DNA of 64,000 nt from an uncultured Acidobacteriota bacterium (GTDB lineage: Bacteria > Actinomycetota > Acidimicrobiia > Spongiisociales > ZC4RG35). The DNA lies in contig CAWHEU010000018.1 of the NCBI GenBank assembly GCA_963828465.1, positions 192,001 to 256,000 of the forward strand. The letters are read 5' to 3'. Position 1 is the stretch's first letter. Each line of letters begins with the position of its first letter. This document shows positions 17,669-28,737 of this stretch, in pieces. The notes under the pieces were generated by a model. It was given only the letters and a program-made list of their open reading frames with translations. It was not told the DNA's origin and made no database searches. Made by a program: the position numbers and the translations under genes.

Positions 17669-20600
17669 TCACATGTTCCGTCGGTATTGCCCGCCGACCT
17701 CGTAGAGGGCCTTGCTCATCTGCCCCAAGGAGGCCACCTTGGCCGTCTCCATGAGCTGGGCAAAGATGTTCCCCCGCGAGACGGCGGTCTTCTGCAGCTC
17801 TTCGAGGGCCGTCGGTCCGGCGTCTCGGTTCCGGTCCTGGAAGGAGCGCACATTTGCGATCTGGCGGTCCTTGTCCTCGGTCGTTGACCTGATCAATGCC
17901 TGGGGGATGACGAACGGAGATCCCTCCTTCGAAATGAAGGTGTTGACCCCGACCACCGGGTAGACGCCGGCCTCCTTCTGCTGCTCGTAATAGAGCGACT
18001 CCTCCTGGATCTTGGTGCGCTGGTACTGCCGCTCCATCGCCCCCAGAACTCCCCCGCGGCTGTTGATCCGGTCGAACTCGGCGAGCACCGCCTCCTCGAC
18101 CAGATCGGTGAGCTCCTCGATGATGAAGCTGCCCTGAAGCGGGTTCTGGTTCTTGGCCAGCCCCAGCTCCTGATTGATGATCAGTTGGATGGCGAGGGCT
18201 CGGCGCACCGACTCCTCTGTCGGAGTGGTGATCGCCTCGTCGTAGGCATTGGTGTGGAGGCTGTTGGTGTTGTCGTAGATGGCATACAACGCCTGCAGCG
18301 TGGTCCTGATGTCATTGAACGAGATCTCCTGGGCATGGAGAGACCGTCCCGAGGTCTGCACGTGGTACTTCAGCTTCTGAGATCGTTCGTTGCCCCGGTA
18401 GCGGTGCTTGATCGCCTTGGCCCAGATGCGACGGGCGACACGCCCGATCACGGCGTACTCGGCGTCGATGCCGTTGGAGAAGAAGAAGGAGAGGTTGGGG
18501 GCGAAGTCGTCGATGTCCATGCCCCGGGCGAGGTAGTTCTCGACGTATGTGAACCCATTTGCCAGTGTGAAGGCGAGCTGGGTGATCGGGTTGGCCCCGG
18601 CCTCGGCCATGTGATACCCGCTGATCGACACCGAGTAGAAGTTTCGGACGTCGTTGTCGACGAACCATTGCTGGATGTCCCCCATCATGCCGAGAGCGAA
18701 TTCGGTGGAGAAGATGCAGGTGTTCTGGGCCTGATCTTCCTTGAGGATGTCGGCCTGCACGGTGCCCCGCACCCGGGAAACCGTCTCGGCCTTGATCCGC
18801 TCGTAGACATCCGCCGGGAGCACCTGATCCCCCGTCACTCCGAGGAGCCGGAGCCCGAGCCCGTCGTGACCCTCCGGAAGGTCCCCGGCATAGACGGGTC
18901 TGGGGCGGTCGCCGTAGATCTCGTCGATCCGGGCCTCCACTTCCTCCCACAGGTCATTGTCGGTGATGTGGCTCTCACACGCCTGATCGACAGCCGCATT
19001 CATGTAAAAGGCGAGGATCATCGGGGCGGGACCGTTGATGGTCATCGAAACCGAGGTGGTGGGGTCGGACAGATCGAAGCCGGAATAGAGCTTCTTGGCG
19101 TCGTCGAGGGTGGCTATCGAGACCCCGGAGTTGCCCACTTTGCCGTAGATGTCGGGCCGCTCGTGGGGATCCTCTCCGTATAGCGTCACCGAGTCGAATG
19201 CAGTCGAGAGCCGCTTCGCCGGCATGCCCGCCGCCAGATAATGGAACCGGCGGTTGGTCTGCTCCGGGGGGCCCTCCCCGGCGAACATCCGCGCCGGGTC
19301 CTCTTCTGCTCGCTTGAAAGGGAAGACGCCTGCGGTGTAGGGAAACTCACCCGGGACGTTCTCCTGCAGCAGCCATCGGAGACGGTCACCCCACGATCTG
19401 TAGCGGGGCAGCGCCACCTTCGGCACGAGAGTGTGGCTCAATGTCTCCTCATGGAGCGGGACCCTGATCTCACGACCCCTGACGTGGTAGATGTACTCGG
19501 TCCCCGAGTACTCGGCGATCATCGCCTCCCAGCGCTCGAGAGACCTGCCGTTCTCAGGATCGAGTGACTCCTCGACCTCGCTGACCAGATCCTCCACATT
19601 GGCGCCCCGTTCGCGGGCTCCCTCGAGTCGGTACAGAGTCTCTGCGACATCCGACTGCGCGGCAGCCCAGGTGTCGTATTCGCGGTTCGCCTCAACTATC
19701 TCGGCCAGATAACGGGTCCGTTCCGGGGGAACGACGTGCTGTTTGGCCTCGTCGCTCAGAGGGAGATCGAGGTTCGACTCGAGAATGAGGCCGTGACCGG
19801 CCAGCTCTTCGAGAAGGGCCTGGTAGAAGCGGTTCGTTCCAGGGTCGTTGAAATCCGAGGCGACGGTCAGGTGGACCGGGAGCACATCGTCATCGGCGGT
19901 AAAGGCCAGGCGGTTCCGCTTGTACTGCTTGCGGACGTCCCGGAGCGCGTCCCGGGCCCCTTCCTTGTCTGCCTTGTTGATCGCGACCAGGTCGGCGAAG
20001 TCGAGCATGTCGATCTTCTCCAACTGGGTGGCGGCCCCGTACTCGGGGGTCATGACGTAAATCGACATGTCCGAGTAGTCGACGATCTCCGTATCGGACT
20101 GCCCGATCCCGGACGTCTCCAACAGCACGAGGTCGAACCCGGCGGCCTTGACCACTTCGATGGCGCGCTGGACATGCGGCGAAAGGGCGAGGTTGGCCTG
20201 ACGGGTGGCCAGCGACCGCATGTACGCCCTGCGGGTGGGGAAGGGAATTCAGCCGGATCCGGTCACCCAGCAGGGCGCCTCCCGACCGACGCTTCGACGG
20301 GTCCACCGAGATCACCGCAACCTCGAGATCCTCGAAGTCGAGGAGGAACCGACGCAGCAGCTCGTCGACGAGGCTCGACTTACCCGAGCCGCCGGTGCCG
20401 GTGATCCCCACGACCGGGGCTGAGGATGTTGCGGCCCGGGCCTCGATCTGCTCGAAGACGTCCTGGTATTTCTCGGGAAAGTTCTCCGCTGCCGAGATGA
20501 GAGTGGCCACCATTCGGGTGTTACCGGCTCCGAGGTCGTCGAGATCGAAGTCCTCATCCAACTCTCCGGTGGCGAAGTCGGATCGGGCCAGCATGTCGCT

Positions 20601-21014
20601 GACCATCCCCTGCATGCCCATCTCACGCCCATCGTCAGGCGAGTAGACCCGGGTGATCCCGGATGCGGCCAGCTCCTCCCCCTCATGCGGAAGGATCGTT
20701 CCGCCGCCCCCACCGAAGATTCGGATGTGCCCGGCGTCCCGTTCCACGAGCAGGTCGCGCAGATAGCGGTAGAACTCCATGTGACCACCCTGATAGGAGG
20801 TCACCGCGATGGCGTGGGCGTCCTCCTCGACGGCCGTCTCCACGATGTCGAGGCCTGTCCGGTTGTGACCGAGATGAATGACTTCGGCGCCTGAGGCCTG
20901 AAGAATGCGGCGAAAGATGTTGATGGAGGCGTCGTGGCCATCGAACAACGTGGTGGCGGTCACGAAGCGGACCTTGTTGGCCAGATTTGGCCTGTCGAGG
21001 GAGGCCTCCGTCAT
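17669..21014 (-). CDS. icmF: Fused isobutyryl-CoA mutase/MeaB-like GTPase IcmF (one extra base near 20231)
   Basis: B12 domain [17 protein letters not shown]-loop, GDRIR; downstream [29 protein letters not shown]; about 1114 aa when joined. Confidence 0.92.
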
Positions 21015-21107
21015 TCATCCCTTCCGCTGACTAGTTCAAACTGTACCCAGGATTTGGGCGTTCTCTCCCCTGTTCCCCCTCATGCAAACGAGTAGATTGA
21101 CGTCGGG

Positions 21108-21413
21108 ATGTTTTACACGGGGCGGCTAAAAGCACAAAGACTCGAGCCGACCGCGGTCACGATCGAGGTCGCTGAGGGCAGATTCCGCGTGGTCGCCGGG
21201 AAACGGCAGCTCGGTTCTTGGCCCATGGACACTCTCGAGATCCACCGGACGTCGGTTTATCGCTTTGCCTTCGACATCGAAGGGGACACCTTCGAGTTCT
21301 TCCCGGAGGACCCTTCGGCCTTCGCGAATGCAGCCGGGGCAATCATCGATCTGACCGAAACCAAGGGCCGTTTCGGGCTCAAGGCGCGAATCCAGGACGC
21401 AAGCAGCGCCTGA
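21108..21413 (+). CDS. Hypothetical protein
   Basis: 101 aa ORF with coding-like codon usage; TAGATT -10 upstream. Confidence 0.6.
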   Translation: MFYTGRLKAQRLEPTAVTIEVAEGRFRVVAGKRQLGSWPMDTLEIHRTSVYRFAFDIEGDTFEFFPEDPSAFANAAGAIIDLTETKGRFGLKARIQDASSA

Positions 21414-21441
21414 ACCTGGATTTCGCTGTAAGAATTGAGGG

Positions 21442-22179
21442 ATGGTCCCCCGTCTTCTGATACGTGGAGTCACCGCCGGCGCCGTGATACTCGGTGCCGA
21501 AGTCCTGTATGCGGCGCTCCAACCTGCTCCCCGTCAGGCCGAGTTCGATCCCTCCGATGTCTTCGGTGACCCGAGCCATCCACCATTGCGAATAGCTGTG
21601 TTGGGAGATTCCTCGGTGACCGCTCCGGGTGTGGCCGGACCGGAGGAGATCTGGGTCAGCATCATCAGCCAGAGAGCAGCTCAAAATCGCCATGTCACCC
21701 TCCGCTCGTACGCGGTGAGCGGGTCACACGCCGACGATCTGCTGCGCGACCAACTCGACCCGGCCATCGCCTTCGATCCCGACATCTTCCTGGTCTCGGT
21801 CGGCGCCAACGATGTGATCCATGGAGTTGGCATTCGCGTGTTCGAGAGACGGCTGGACGAGCTCGTGGCCGCGTTGGCCGACACCGGATCACTTGTCATC
21901 CTCAGCGGCGTCGGCGACCTCGGAACCATCCCCAGGCTGAAGCCACCTTTGCGCAACCTGATGACACAGCGCTCGGCCCGCTTCGATCGGGCGCACCACC
22001 GGGTGGCGGCACGTTTTGGCGCCCATGTGGTCCCGCACAGAAAGGACGACCCGACCATCTGGTACACGGACCGGGACCTCTGGTCGGCCGACAAGTTCCA
22101 TGTCAGTGCGGTCGGCCATCGGCGCTGGGCGGAGTCGACATGGCGGACTTTCGAGCCCCTGCTCGAACAGCATGGATGA
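21442..22179 (+). CDS. SGNH/GDSL hydrolase
   Basis: VLGDSS, SVGAND, DKFHVS. Confidence 0.88.
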   Translation: MVPRLLIRGVTAGAVILGAEVLYAALQPAPRQAEFDPSDVFGDPSHPPLRIAVLGDSSVTAPGVAGPEEIWVSIISQRAAQNRHVTLRSYAVSGSHADDLLRDQLDPAIAFDPDIFLVSVGANDVIHGVGIRVFERRLDELVAALADTGSLVILSGVGDLGTIPRLKPPLRNLMTQRSARFDRAHHRVAARFGAHVVPHRKDDPTIWYTDRDLWSADKFHVSAVGHRRWAESTWRTFEPLLEQHG

Positions 22180-22582
22180 CGCCGAGGCACTGCAACGGCT
22201 CGCCGCGGGACGAGTGGGCAGGTTCGCCTCGATAACACCGGACGGCCGGCCGCACGTGGTCGTTGTCACATTCACCGTGATCGGACTGAACGTCGTTCAC
22301 ATGATCGACGAGAAGCCGAAGACAACGCACCACCTGCAGCGACTGCAGAACGTGGAGACGTTGCCTGTCGCCTCGCTGCTGGTTGACCACTACGACGAGG
22401 ACTGGCACCAGCTCTGGTGGGTTCGGGCTGACGGTGAGGTCACAATCGAGAAGGATGGCGGCAATTGGTGGGAAGCCAGGTCACGTCTCAAGGGGAAATA
22501 CCGGCAATACCGCAATGCCCCACCGAGCGGCCCCGCCATCTTCCTCTCCATCGACCGGCTCAGCCATTGGGAGCACAGCTGA
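22172..22582 (+). CDS. PPOX-class F420-dependent oxidoreductase (TIGR03668-like)
   Basis: DGRPHVV, IDEKPKTT..LQRLQN, LLVDHYDEDW.LWWVRADG; start reassigned to ATG 22172. Confidence 0.88.
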   Translation: MDDAEALQRLAAGRVGRFASITPDGRPHVVVVTFTVIGLNVVHMIDEKPKTTHHLQRLQNVETLPVASLLVDHYDEDWHQLWWVRADGEVTIEKDGGNWWEARSRLKGKYRQYRNAPPSGPAIFLSIDRLSHWEHS

Positions 22583-23105
22583 TCACGCCTTCTTCCATCG
22601 CCAGCCAGCCAACCCGGACGTCATGCTCCTCGACCGGCACCGCGTCTACCAGCCGCGGTGCAGGCGCGATCCCGATCGCGGCGGCGTCGCCACGGGCCGC
22701 TGAGAGGATCCTGTCGTAGTGCCCTGCCCCGTTCCCGAGCCGGCCACCGCTGGGGTCGAAGGCAAGACCGGGGACGAGGAAGACATCGATCTCAGAGATA
22801 GGGATGACCGGCCCCGAATCGCTGGGCTGCTCCATCCCGAAGTGATGGGTTTCACGAGGGACGGCGAGATCCCTGAACGTGACCGAGCGATCGACCTCGA
22901 CCCGAGGCAGCACCCATCGCCAACCCGGGAGCATGTCGAACAGGGGGCGAAGGTCCACCTCGCCCTCCATCGGAAGGAAGGCCGAGATGGTCCCGGGGAG
23001 ACTGGGAGACAGCCAGGCGAACAAACCGGCGACGATCCGCCGGCTCATCTGCGTCGGGATGGGACCTACTTCTCGCATCCGAGTCCGAAGAGATGCCTTT
23101 TCCAT
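22560..23105 (-). CDS. 5-formyltetrahydrofolate cyclo-ligase
   Basis: KASLR, VPGLAFD..G.RLG.GAGHYDR, EEHD. Confidence 0.92.
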   Translation of the reverse strand: MEKASLRTRMREVGPIPTQMSRRIVAGLFAWLSPSLPGTISAFLPMEGEVDLRPLFDMLPGWRWVLPRVEVDRSVTFRDLAVPRETHHFGMEQPSDSGPVIPISEIDVFLVPGLAFDPSGGRLGNGAGHYDRILSAARGDAAAIGIAPAPRLVDAVPVEEHDVRVGWLAMEEGVISCAPNG

Positions 23106-23144
23106 GATGGGTCAGGGTAAGAGACCGATCGGTACTCTCCCTTT

Positions 23145-23888
23145 ATGCGGTTGTTCATCGACGTGCCCAGGACGATCATCACCGTGGTCGCCGGAGTGAC
23201 CGCCACCATCGTCGCAGTCGCTCTCATCGCGGTCATGGTCGTAGTCAACGACAGCTCGCCAATGATCGAAAAGATCATCAGGGGGTGGAGCCGCGTGTGG
23301 CTCGCCGTCTCTGGGACCAAGCTCGAGATCGAGGGGGCCGAGAACATCGATCCGAATCGGTCCTACGTCGTCGTTGCCAACCATCTGTCGGCGCTCGACA
23401 TCATGGCGTGCCTCCTCGCGGTGCCCCTGCCGATCCGTTTCCTCGCCAAGAAGGAGCTGTTCCGGGTCCCGGTGCTGGCACAAGGGATGAGAATGGTGGG
23501 GATAATCGAAGTCGACCGCCAAGCCAGAGGTGCGGTGCACTCCGAGGTGAATCGTCAGTCGCGAGAGCTCATCGAGAAGGGTCGAAGCCTGATCATCTAC
23601 GCCGAGGGCACCAGGCCCCGCAACGGGGTGATGAAGCCGTTCAAGAAGGGCGCCTTCACGATGGCGATCAGCTCGGGGCTGCCGATCCTCCCACTGTCGA
23701 TACATGGGTCGTACGAGGCCTGGCCCCCGGGCAAGCCGTTGGTGAGGGGCGGGGTGATCACAGTCGTCCTCGACAAGCCGGTCGAGACCGAGGGTATGAC
23801 GGCTTCGGACACGGGCTACCTGCGCGACCAGGTCCGCGAGGTGATCGCGGGCCGGGTGGAGGCCTTGGGCGGCGCCGTCGGCCAGTAG
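23145..23888 (+). CDS. plsC: 1-acyl-sn-glycerol-3-phosphate acyltransferase (PlsC family)
   Basis: NHLSALD, AKKEL, YAEGTR, PFKKGAF. Confidence 0.9.
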   Translation: MRLFIDVPRTIITVVAGVTATIVAVALIAVMVVVNDSSPMIEKIIRGWSRVWLAVSGTKLEIEGAENIDPNRSYVVVANHLSALDIMACLLAVPLPIRFLAKKELFRVPVLAQGMRMVGIIEVDRQARGAVHSEVNRQSRELIEKGRSLIIYAEGTRPRNGVMKPFKKGAFTMAISSGLPILPLSIHGSYEAWPPGKPLVRGGVITVVLDKPVETEGMTASDTGYLRDQVREVIAGRVEALGGAVGQ

Positions 23889-23966
23889 GGGAACCTCGGC
23901 TGGCTCTCGAAACGTGACACACTGGGCAAGAACCGGAGTCGGTTCGCCCAAACAGAGAGGCCCGAA

Positions 23967-24092
23967 GTGGCTAACAAAGACAAGGGCGGCAAGAGCACTA
24001 AGAAGGTGGCGGCCAAGGACTTGAAGGAAAAGCGCCAGGCCAAGAAGGACAAGAAGGCTGTTGCCGCGTCGGCCAGCCGCGTGACGCGCTAG
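23967..24092 (+). CDS. Small Lys-rich protein (41 aa), absent from the ORF track
   Basis: GTG start after AGAGAGG; MANKDKGGKSTKKVAAKDLKEKRQAKKDKKAVAASASRVTR*. Confidence 0.7.
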   Translation: MANKDKGGKSTKKVAAKDLKEKRQAKKDKKAVAASASRVTR

Positions 24093-24107
24093 ACGAGCCT
24101 CACCCCG

Positions 24108-25256
24108 TCAGTACAGGAACATCGGCTTGCCGAGAACGTGTCGCACCTTGGGCAGATAGGTGTCGAGGTCGTAGAGCTCGTCGACATCGACCCGTTTGAC
24201 GCCTTCCTTGGTGACACCGATGGGGACGTGGGTGTACGTGCCACCCCGCAACGCCACCATGCGGCCATGACTGGTCTCGACCGCCAGATCGGCGGCCATC
24301 ACCGCGTAGTTGGTGGCCACCATGAGATCGAGAGAGTCGGGCGCCCCCGATCGCATGAGGTAGGCCACTTGCTGGTAGAGCACCGGCTCGCCGGTTCGCT
24401 CCTTCAGCAACTCGCCGGTGAGGGCGCCGATGCCACCCAGCTTGCGGTGGCCATACGCGTCTTCCTCCCCCGCCAGCATCATGTTCCCCTCCTGTAGCCG
24501 GGCGCCTTCGGAGATAGTCATCATTGCGTAGTTCGATGGGTTCGAGGCTCGATCAGACAAGAGCATGCCGGCGAGCTTCTCGATGTCGAAAGGGACCTCG
24601 GAGATGATCGCCCTGTCCACCCCCGACAGATAGGCGGTCACGAGTGAGGTCTCGCCGCTGTACCGGCCGAATAGCTCTACCACCGCTATTCGTTCGTGCG
24701 ATCCGGCCGCCGTGCGCAGACTGTGGATGAACTGAACCCCGCGTGTCACCGCGGTCGAGAAGCCGATGCAGTAGTCGGTGCCATGGACGTCGTTGTCCAT
24801 GGTCTTCGGAATGGCGACCACCGGCACCCCCTCCTCGTGGAGACGAAGCCCGTATGACAGGGTGTCGTCGCCCCCGATCGGGATCAGGACGTCGATCTTC
24901 TGGTCTTCGAGGACTCCGAGCACGTGGGGAGTGATGTCGACAGTCCCCTCCTCGCCCGATTTGTCGCCGAGGAAGGTAGGAACCTCCTCCGGTCTCATCT
25001 TGCCGGGATTGGTCCGAGACGTATGGAGGAAGGTTCCACCGGTGCGATCGATGGTTCGGACCACGCCGGGATCGAGTGGGATCAGCAAGTCAGCGTTCGA
25101 TTGGGCGTCCTCGGGGTTGAAATGAGCCAACCCGCCCCATCCACGGCGGATCCCCACCACCTGATGTCCCTCTTCGGAGGCCCGGTTCACCACCGCCTTG
25201 ATGCAGGCGTTGAGTCCGGGCACGTCTCCACCACCAGTCAAGATTCCGATTCGCAT
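24108..25256 (-). CDS. 6-phosphofructokinase (PfkA family, probably PPi-dependent)
   Basis: [33 protein letters not shown]. Confidence 0.92.
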   Translation of the reverse strand: MRIGILTGGGDVPGLNACIKAVVNRASEEGHQVVGIRRGWGGLAHFNPEDAQSNADLLIPLDPGVVRTIDRTGGTFLHTSRTNPGKMRPEEVPTFLGDKSGEEGTVDITPHVLGVLEDQKIDVLIPIGGDDTLSYGLRLHEEGVPVVAIPKTMDNDVHGTDYCIGFSTAVTRGVQFIHSLRTAAGSHERIAVVELFGRYSGETSLVTAYLSGVDRAIISEVPFDIEKLAGMLLSDRASNPSNYAMMTISEGARLQEGNMMLAGEEDAYGHRKLGGIGALTGELLKERTGEPVLYQQVAYLMRSGAPDSLDLMVATNYAVMAADLAVETSHGRMVALRGGTYTHVPIGVTKEGVKRVDVDELYDLDTYLPKVRHVLGKPMFLY

Positions 25257-25289
25257 GGGGCGGCAGAGTACCGCCGTCGAAAGGGCCGA

Positions 25290-25847
25290 CTACCGCCTCA
25301 CGTATGCGAGGTACACGGCCCCCGAATCGAACACCCGCTGGTCGACCAGACGCAGGCCAAGCTCTACCCCATCCGGGAAGAACGGCTTCCCCGAGCCGAC
25401 CACCACAGGCAGGACAACCAGCCGGAACTCGTCGATGAGGTCGAGCAGCGACGCGGCCAGACCGGCCCCGCCCACGTCGAGGGGGCCTTCGGTCTCAGCC
25501 TTGAGACGGCTGACCACCGCCGTCGCGTCCCGGCTGCGAACCAGTTCGACACCGGATCGGACGCTCTCCAGCGTGTCGGAGAACACGAAACGCGGCGTGT
25601 CGACATAGGCACGTGCGAATTCTGCCTCGACCTCGGGAAGGTCGTCCCGCATCGCGGCTGCGGTCCAGTGCTCGTCCATGGTCTCGAAAAGCCGGCGCCC
25701 GTACAAGAACGCGGCTGCCGCCTTGGTTTGTTCATTCCAGTGCCGGTGCACGTCGTCTGCGGGCGGCCCCGAGAACGCGATGCTCCCACTGGAATCCTCG
25801 ATATAGCCGTCGATTGACACGTTCATTCCATAGATGACCTTGCCCAT
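25290..25847 (-). CDS. Dihydrofolate reductase/RibD C-terminal domain protein
   Basis: NVSIDGYI, LYGRRLFE, GGAGLA, IDEFRL..PVVVGSGKPFF. Confidence 0.88.
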   Translation of the reverse strand: MGKVIYGMNVSIDGYIEDSSGSIAFSGPPADDVHRHWNEQTKAAAAFLYGRRLFETMDEHWTAAAMRDDLPEVEAEFARAYVDTPRFVFSDTLESVRSGVELVRSRDATAVVSRLKAETEGPLDVGGAGLAASLLDLIDEFRLVVLPVVVGSGKPFFPDGVELGLRLVDQRVFDSGAVYLAYVRR

Positions 25848-25862
25848 TCTTCGCTCCTTCGT

Positions 25863-26171
25863 TTACCCCATCATTGCGCGGGTGACGTAGAAGAACATCA
25901 TCCCGACCGCCAGAACGCCCCACAAATTCCGGCGGAACACGACGGCGCCGATGACACCACCCAGAGCGGCGGCGAGGGCAGGGGTAACAGCGGGCTCCCC
26001 TTCCGGAGCTACCAGCCCGGTGATGGCAATGGCGACGAAAAGGGCAAGGGGGAAGACATCGAGAAATCGACCCAACGCGCCTTCCGGTACCGGACGGGGG
26101 CGGAGCAGGAAAGCCACCCTGGTTCCGTAGGTGATTGCCGCCACGGCCAGGACGAGCGTTAGGTCACTCAC
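25863..26171 (-). CDS. AzlD-like membrane protein
   Basis: Hydrophobic ~102 aa, AITYGTR..F; GTG start overlaps the azlC stop. Confidence 0.75.
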   Translation of the reverse strand: MSDLTLVLAVAAITYGTRVAFLLRPRPVPEGALGRFLDVFPLALFVAIAITGLVAPEGEPAVTPALAAALGGVIGAVVFRRNLWGVLAVGMMFFYVTRAMMG

Positions 26172-26832
26172 CGACGAAGACCCCGGCCAGGGACGCCACC
26201 ACCGCGGCAACGGTGATCTGCCATGCGGTAGGAAGGACAGCAGTGGCGACGATGGAGGCCACCACCGCTGCGCCGGCCACGAGGAGGTCTTTCCGGCTCT
26301 TGATCATGGGAGCGGCGAGCCCGAGGAACAGCAATGGGAAGAGGACTCCGATCCCGACCGCTTCGGGATCGATCGAGCCGCCAAACCAGGCGCCGATCGT
26401 GGTCCCGACCACCCAACCGGAGTAGAGCATGAGATCTGCGGCCGTCTTGTAGGCCACCAAGTCCTCAACGCCGGCGTCAGCGGCCCGGACGGTGAGACCA
26501 AAGGTCTCGTCGACCAGGATGAAGGCCAGCCGAAGCCGCGTGCCCAGGGGCCGGACGCCGATCATGTTGGACAGCGATGCAGACATCGGGATGTGGCGCA
26601 ACCCGAGACCGGTCGCCGCCAACAGCACCGCGACGGGACCTGACGCGAGGAGTCCGATCATGGCGAACTGCGCCGCCCCGGAAACGATGATCACCGACGA
26701 AAAGACGGCGAGCCATGGCGGAAACCCGGCCCGTACTGACAGGACGCCGTAGGCCACGCCGAACCCGGCGACAGCGAGGATGATCAGGACCGAGTCCCGT
26801 ATTCCCTGGCGAAACGACGGGTTGTCGAGCAC
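26164..26832 (-). CDS. AzlC-family branched-chain amino acid exporter
   Basis: FRQGIRD, SGAAQF, LVDETFG, W..GT.IG. Confidence 0.88.
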   Translation of the reverse strand: MLDNPSFRQGIRDSVLIILAVAGFGVAYGVLSVRAGFPPWLAVFSSVIIVSGAAQFAMIGLLASGPVAVLLAATGLGLRHIPMSASLSNMIGVRPLGTRLRLAFILVDETFGLTVRAADAGVEDLVAYKTAADLMLYSGWVVGTTIGAWFGGSIDPEAVGIGVLFPLLFLGLAAPMIKSRKDLLVAGAAVVASIVATAVLPTAWQITVAAVVASLAGVFVGE

Positions 26833-26867
26833 GCAGGCACGGTACCGGGCACCTGGCCCGGCTCAGC

Positions 26868-28325
26868 TCAGGGGAAGGTGCGGGGAACTCGCTGCACGTT
26901 GATCCAGCGAAGCTCTGTGAACTCGTCGAGGGCGGCCTGCCCTCCGAATCGCCCGTAACCGCTCCCTTTGACTCCACCGAAGGGGGCCTGGGGCTCGTCG
27001 TTCACGGTCTGATCCCCGATGTGGACCATCCCGGTCTCCAGCCGGAGAGCCATGTCGAGGGCCTGGGTGAAGTCACCGGTCAGGATCCCTGCAGACAGGC
27101 CGTACTCCGAGTCGTTGGCCACGGCGAGCGCCTCCTCTCGATCACTCACCACCACGATCGGGGCCACCGGACCAAAGGTCTGCTCGCGGAAGAGGAGCAT
27201 GTCCGGCTTGACGTCCGTAACGACGGTGGGGTGATAGACGAGGTCGTCGTACTGCCCGCCGGTCACCAGGTTGGCTCCGCCGGCAACGGCTGCCTCGACC
27301 TGGGCGTGGACTTTTTCCAGCGCTCGCTGGTTGATGAGGGGCCCGATCGCCGTGGCCGGGTTGGTGGGATCACCCATAGGCATCGACTCCGCTCGCTCTT
27401 TGAGCTTCTCGGTGAACTCTTTGGCGATGCTCTTCTCGACGATGATCCGCTCGGTAGACATGCAGATCTCGCCCTGATGGAGGAAGGCCCCCCACGCCGC
27501 CGCGTCGATTGCGTAGTCGACATCGGCGTCGCCGAGGATGATCAAAGGATCCTTGCCGCCGAGCTCTAGCACGGCTCGCTTGAGGTTGCGGCCCGCCTTC
27601 TCGGCGATGACCCTCCCCACCTCGGTCGACCCCGTGAAAGAGATCCGTCTCACGTCCGGATTGGAGATCATCTCGTCGCCGATCTCCTCCGCTCCTTCCC
27701 GGGTACTGGTGACGACGTTGAGAACTCCCGGAGGCAGCCCCGCCTCCTCGAATATCTCGGCGAGAAGTAGTCCGCCCGTGAGCGGTGCATCCTCGGACGG
27801 CTTCAAAACCGCTGTGTTCCCGTAGGCGATGGGCAGGGTGAACGACCTGCTCCCCAGGATGTAGGGGACGTTGAACGGGGCGAAGCAAGCCACGACACCA
27901 GCCGGCTGGCGAATTGCCATGAAGAAGGAGTTGGCATGGTCGGCCGGGATGATCTCGCCCTTGACGTCGTAGGCGGCGCCGGCCGCCATCCGGAATAGCC
28001 CGGGCACGAAGCCCATCTGGAACATCGAGATGCCGATGGTTCCCCCGACCTCCTCCATCATCGCCTGGACGAGCTCGTCCTGACGACTCTCCATGACATC
28101 GGCGGCCTTGAGGAAGATCTGACGCTTGGCCCCGGGAGGTGTGGCCGCCCATTCGGGGAAGGCGGCCTTGGCGGCATCGATGGCGCTTCTGGCATCCTCG
28201 GCGTTGCCGGCCGGGACATTGGCGTAGACGTCGCCAGTGAACGGGTTGTGGTCCTCGAACGTCTTGCCACTCGAGGAATCGACCCACTTCCCGTCGATGT
28301 ACATCTTGGGGCTCTTGGCGGGCAT
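26868..28325 (-). CDS. Aldehyde dehydrogenase (benzaldehyde/vanillin-DH-like)
   Basis: FTGSTEVG, LELGGK, HQGEICMS, EQTFGP, PFGGVKGSGYGRFGG. Confidence 0.95.
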   Translation of the reverse strand: MPAKSPKMYIDGKWVDSSSGKTFEDHNPFTGDVYANVPAGNAEDARSAIDAAKAAFPEWAATPPGAKRQIFLKAADVMESRQDELVQAMMEEVGGTIGISMFQMGFVPGLFRMAAGAAYDVKGEIIPADHANSFFMAIRQPAGVVACFAPFNVPYILGSRSFTLPIAYGNTAVLKPSEDAPLTGGLLLAEIFEEAGLPPGVLNVVTSTREGAEEIGDEMISNPDVRRISFTGSTEVGRVIAEKAGRNLKRAVLELGGKDPLIILGDADVDYAIDAAAWGAFLHQGEICMSTERIIVEKSIAKEFTEKLKERAESMPMGDPTNPATAIGPLINQRALEKVHAQVEAAVAGGANLVTGGQYDDLVYHPTVVTDVKPDMLLFREQTFGPVAPIVVVSDREEALAVANDSEYGLSAGILTGDFTQALDMALRLETGMVHIGDQTVNDEPQAPFGGVKGSGYGRFGGQAALDEFTELRWINVQRVPRTFP

Positions 28326-28353
28326 GTGTCCTCCTGAGGTGGGACCGGGAAAG

Positions 28354-28698
28354 CTACCCCTCGATGTCGTCGGGAAGGAGGGCCATCCCCGCCGGCGTCA
28401 TCCGACCTTCGTCGATCAACCTGCGGACCACGCCGCGGTTCTTGTCCGACCAGTTCGAGCCTGGTCGGCGCGGGGTGAATCGGATGGCCCAACGTTCCTC
28501 GTCGATCCGTTGCCCCAGGTTGTCTATCCAGCCGTGACAGATCGCCGTCGCCTGGAGATCGTCGAGGGTCACGGTTTGCCTTCCCGACGACTTCTTGTAG
28601 ATGGCCACCATCACGACTTGCGCGCTACTCCCGTGTTCTCGTAGCCAAGCGTCGAATTCTGAGTCAGTCGAGATCGGGATCGATTCTGATATATCCAT
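28354..28698 (-). CDS. YdeI/OmpD-associated family protein (short)
   Basis: AICHGWID, RFTPRRPGSNWS..N, GRMTPAG. Confidence 0.8.
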   Translation of the reverse strand: MDISESIPISTDSEFDAWLREHGSSAQVVMVAIYKKSSGRQTVTLDDLQATAICHGWIDNLGQRIDEERWAIRFTPRRPGSNWSDKNRGVVRRLIDEGRMTPAGMALLPDDIEG

Positions 28699-28737
28699 GG
28701 TCGGTGAGAGTCTTGTCGGGGCGGGGGAAGGGCGCCC

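Noticed and set aside
20215-20250. Programmed ribosomal frameshifting in icmF, proA, rimP or hisC
   Set aside because: No slippery heptamers or stimulatory structures are evident, these families are normally single ORFs, and the pattern fits sequencing indels.
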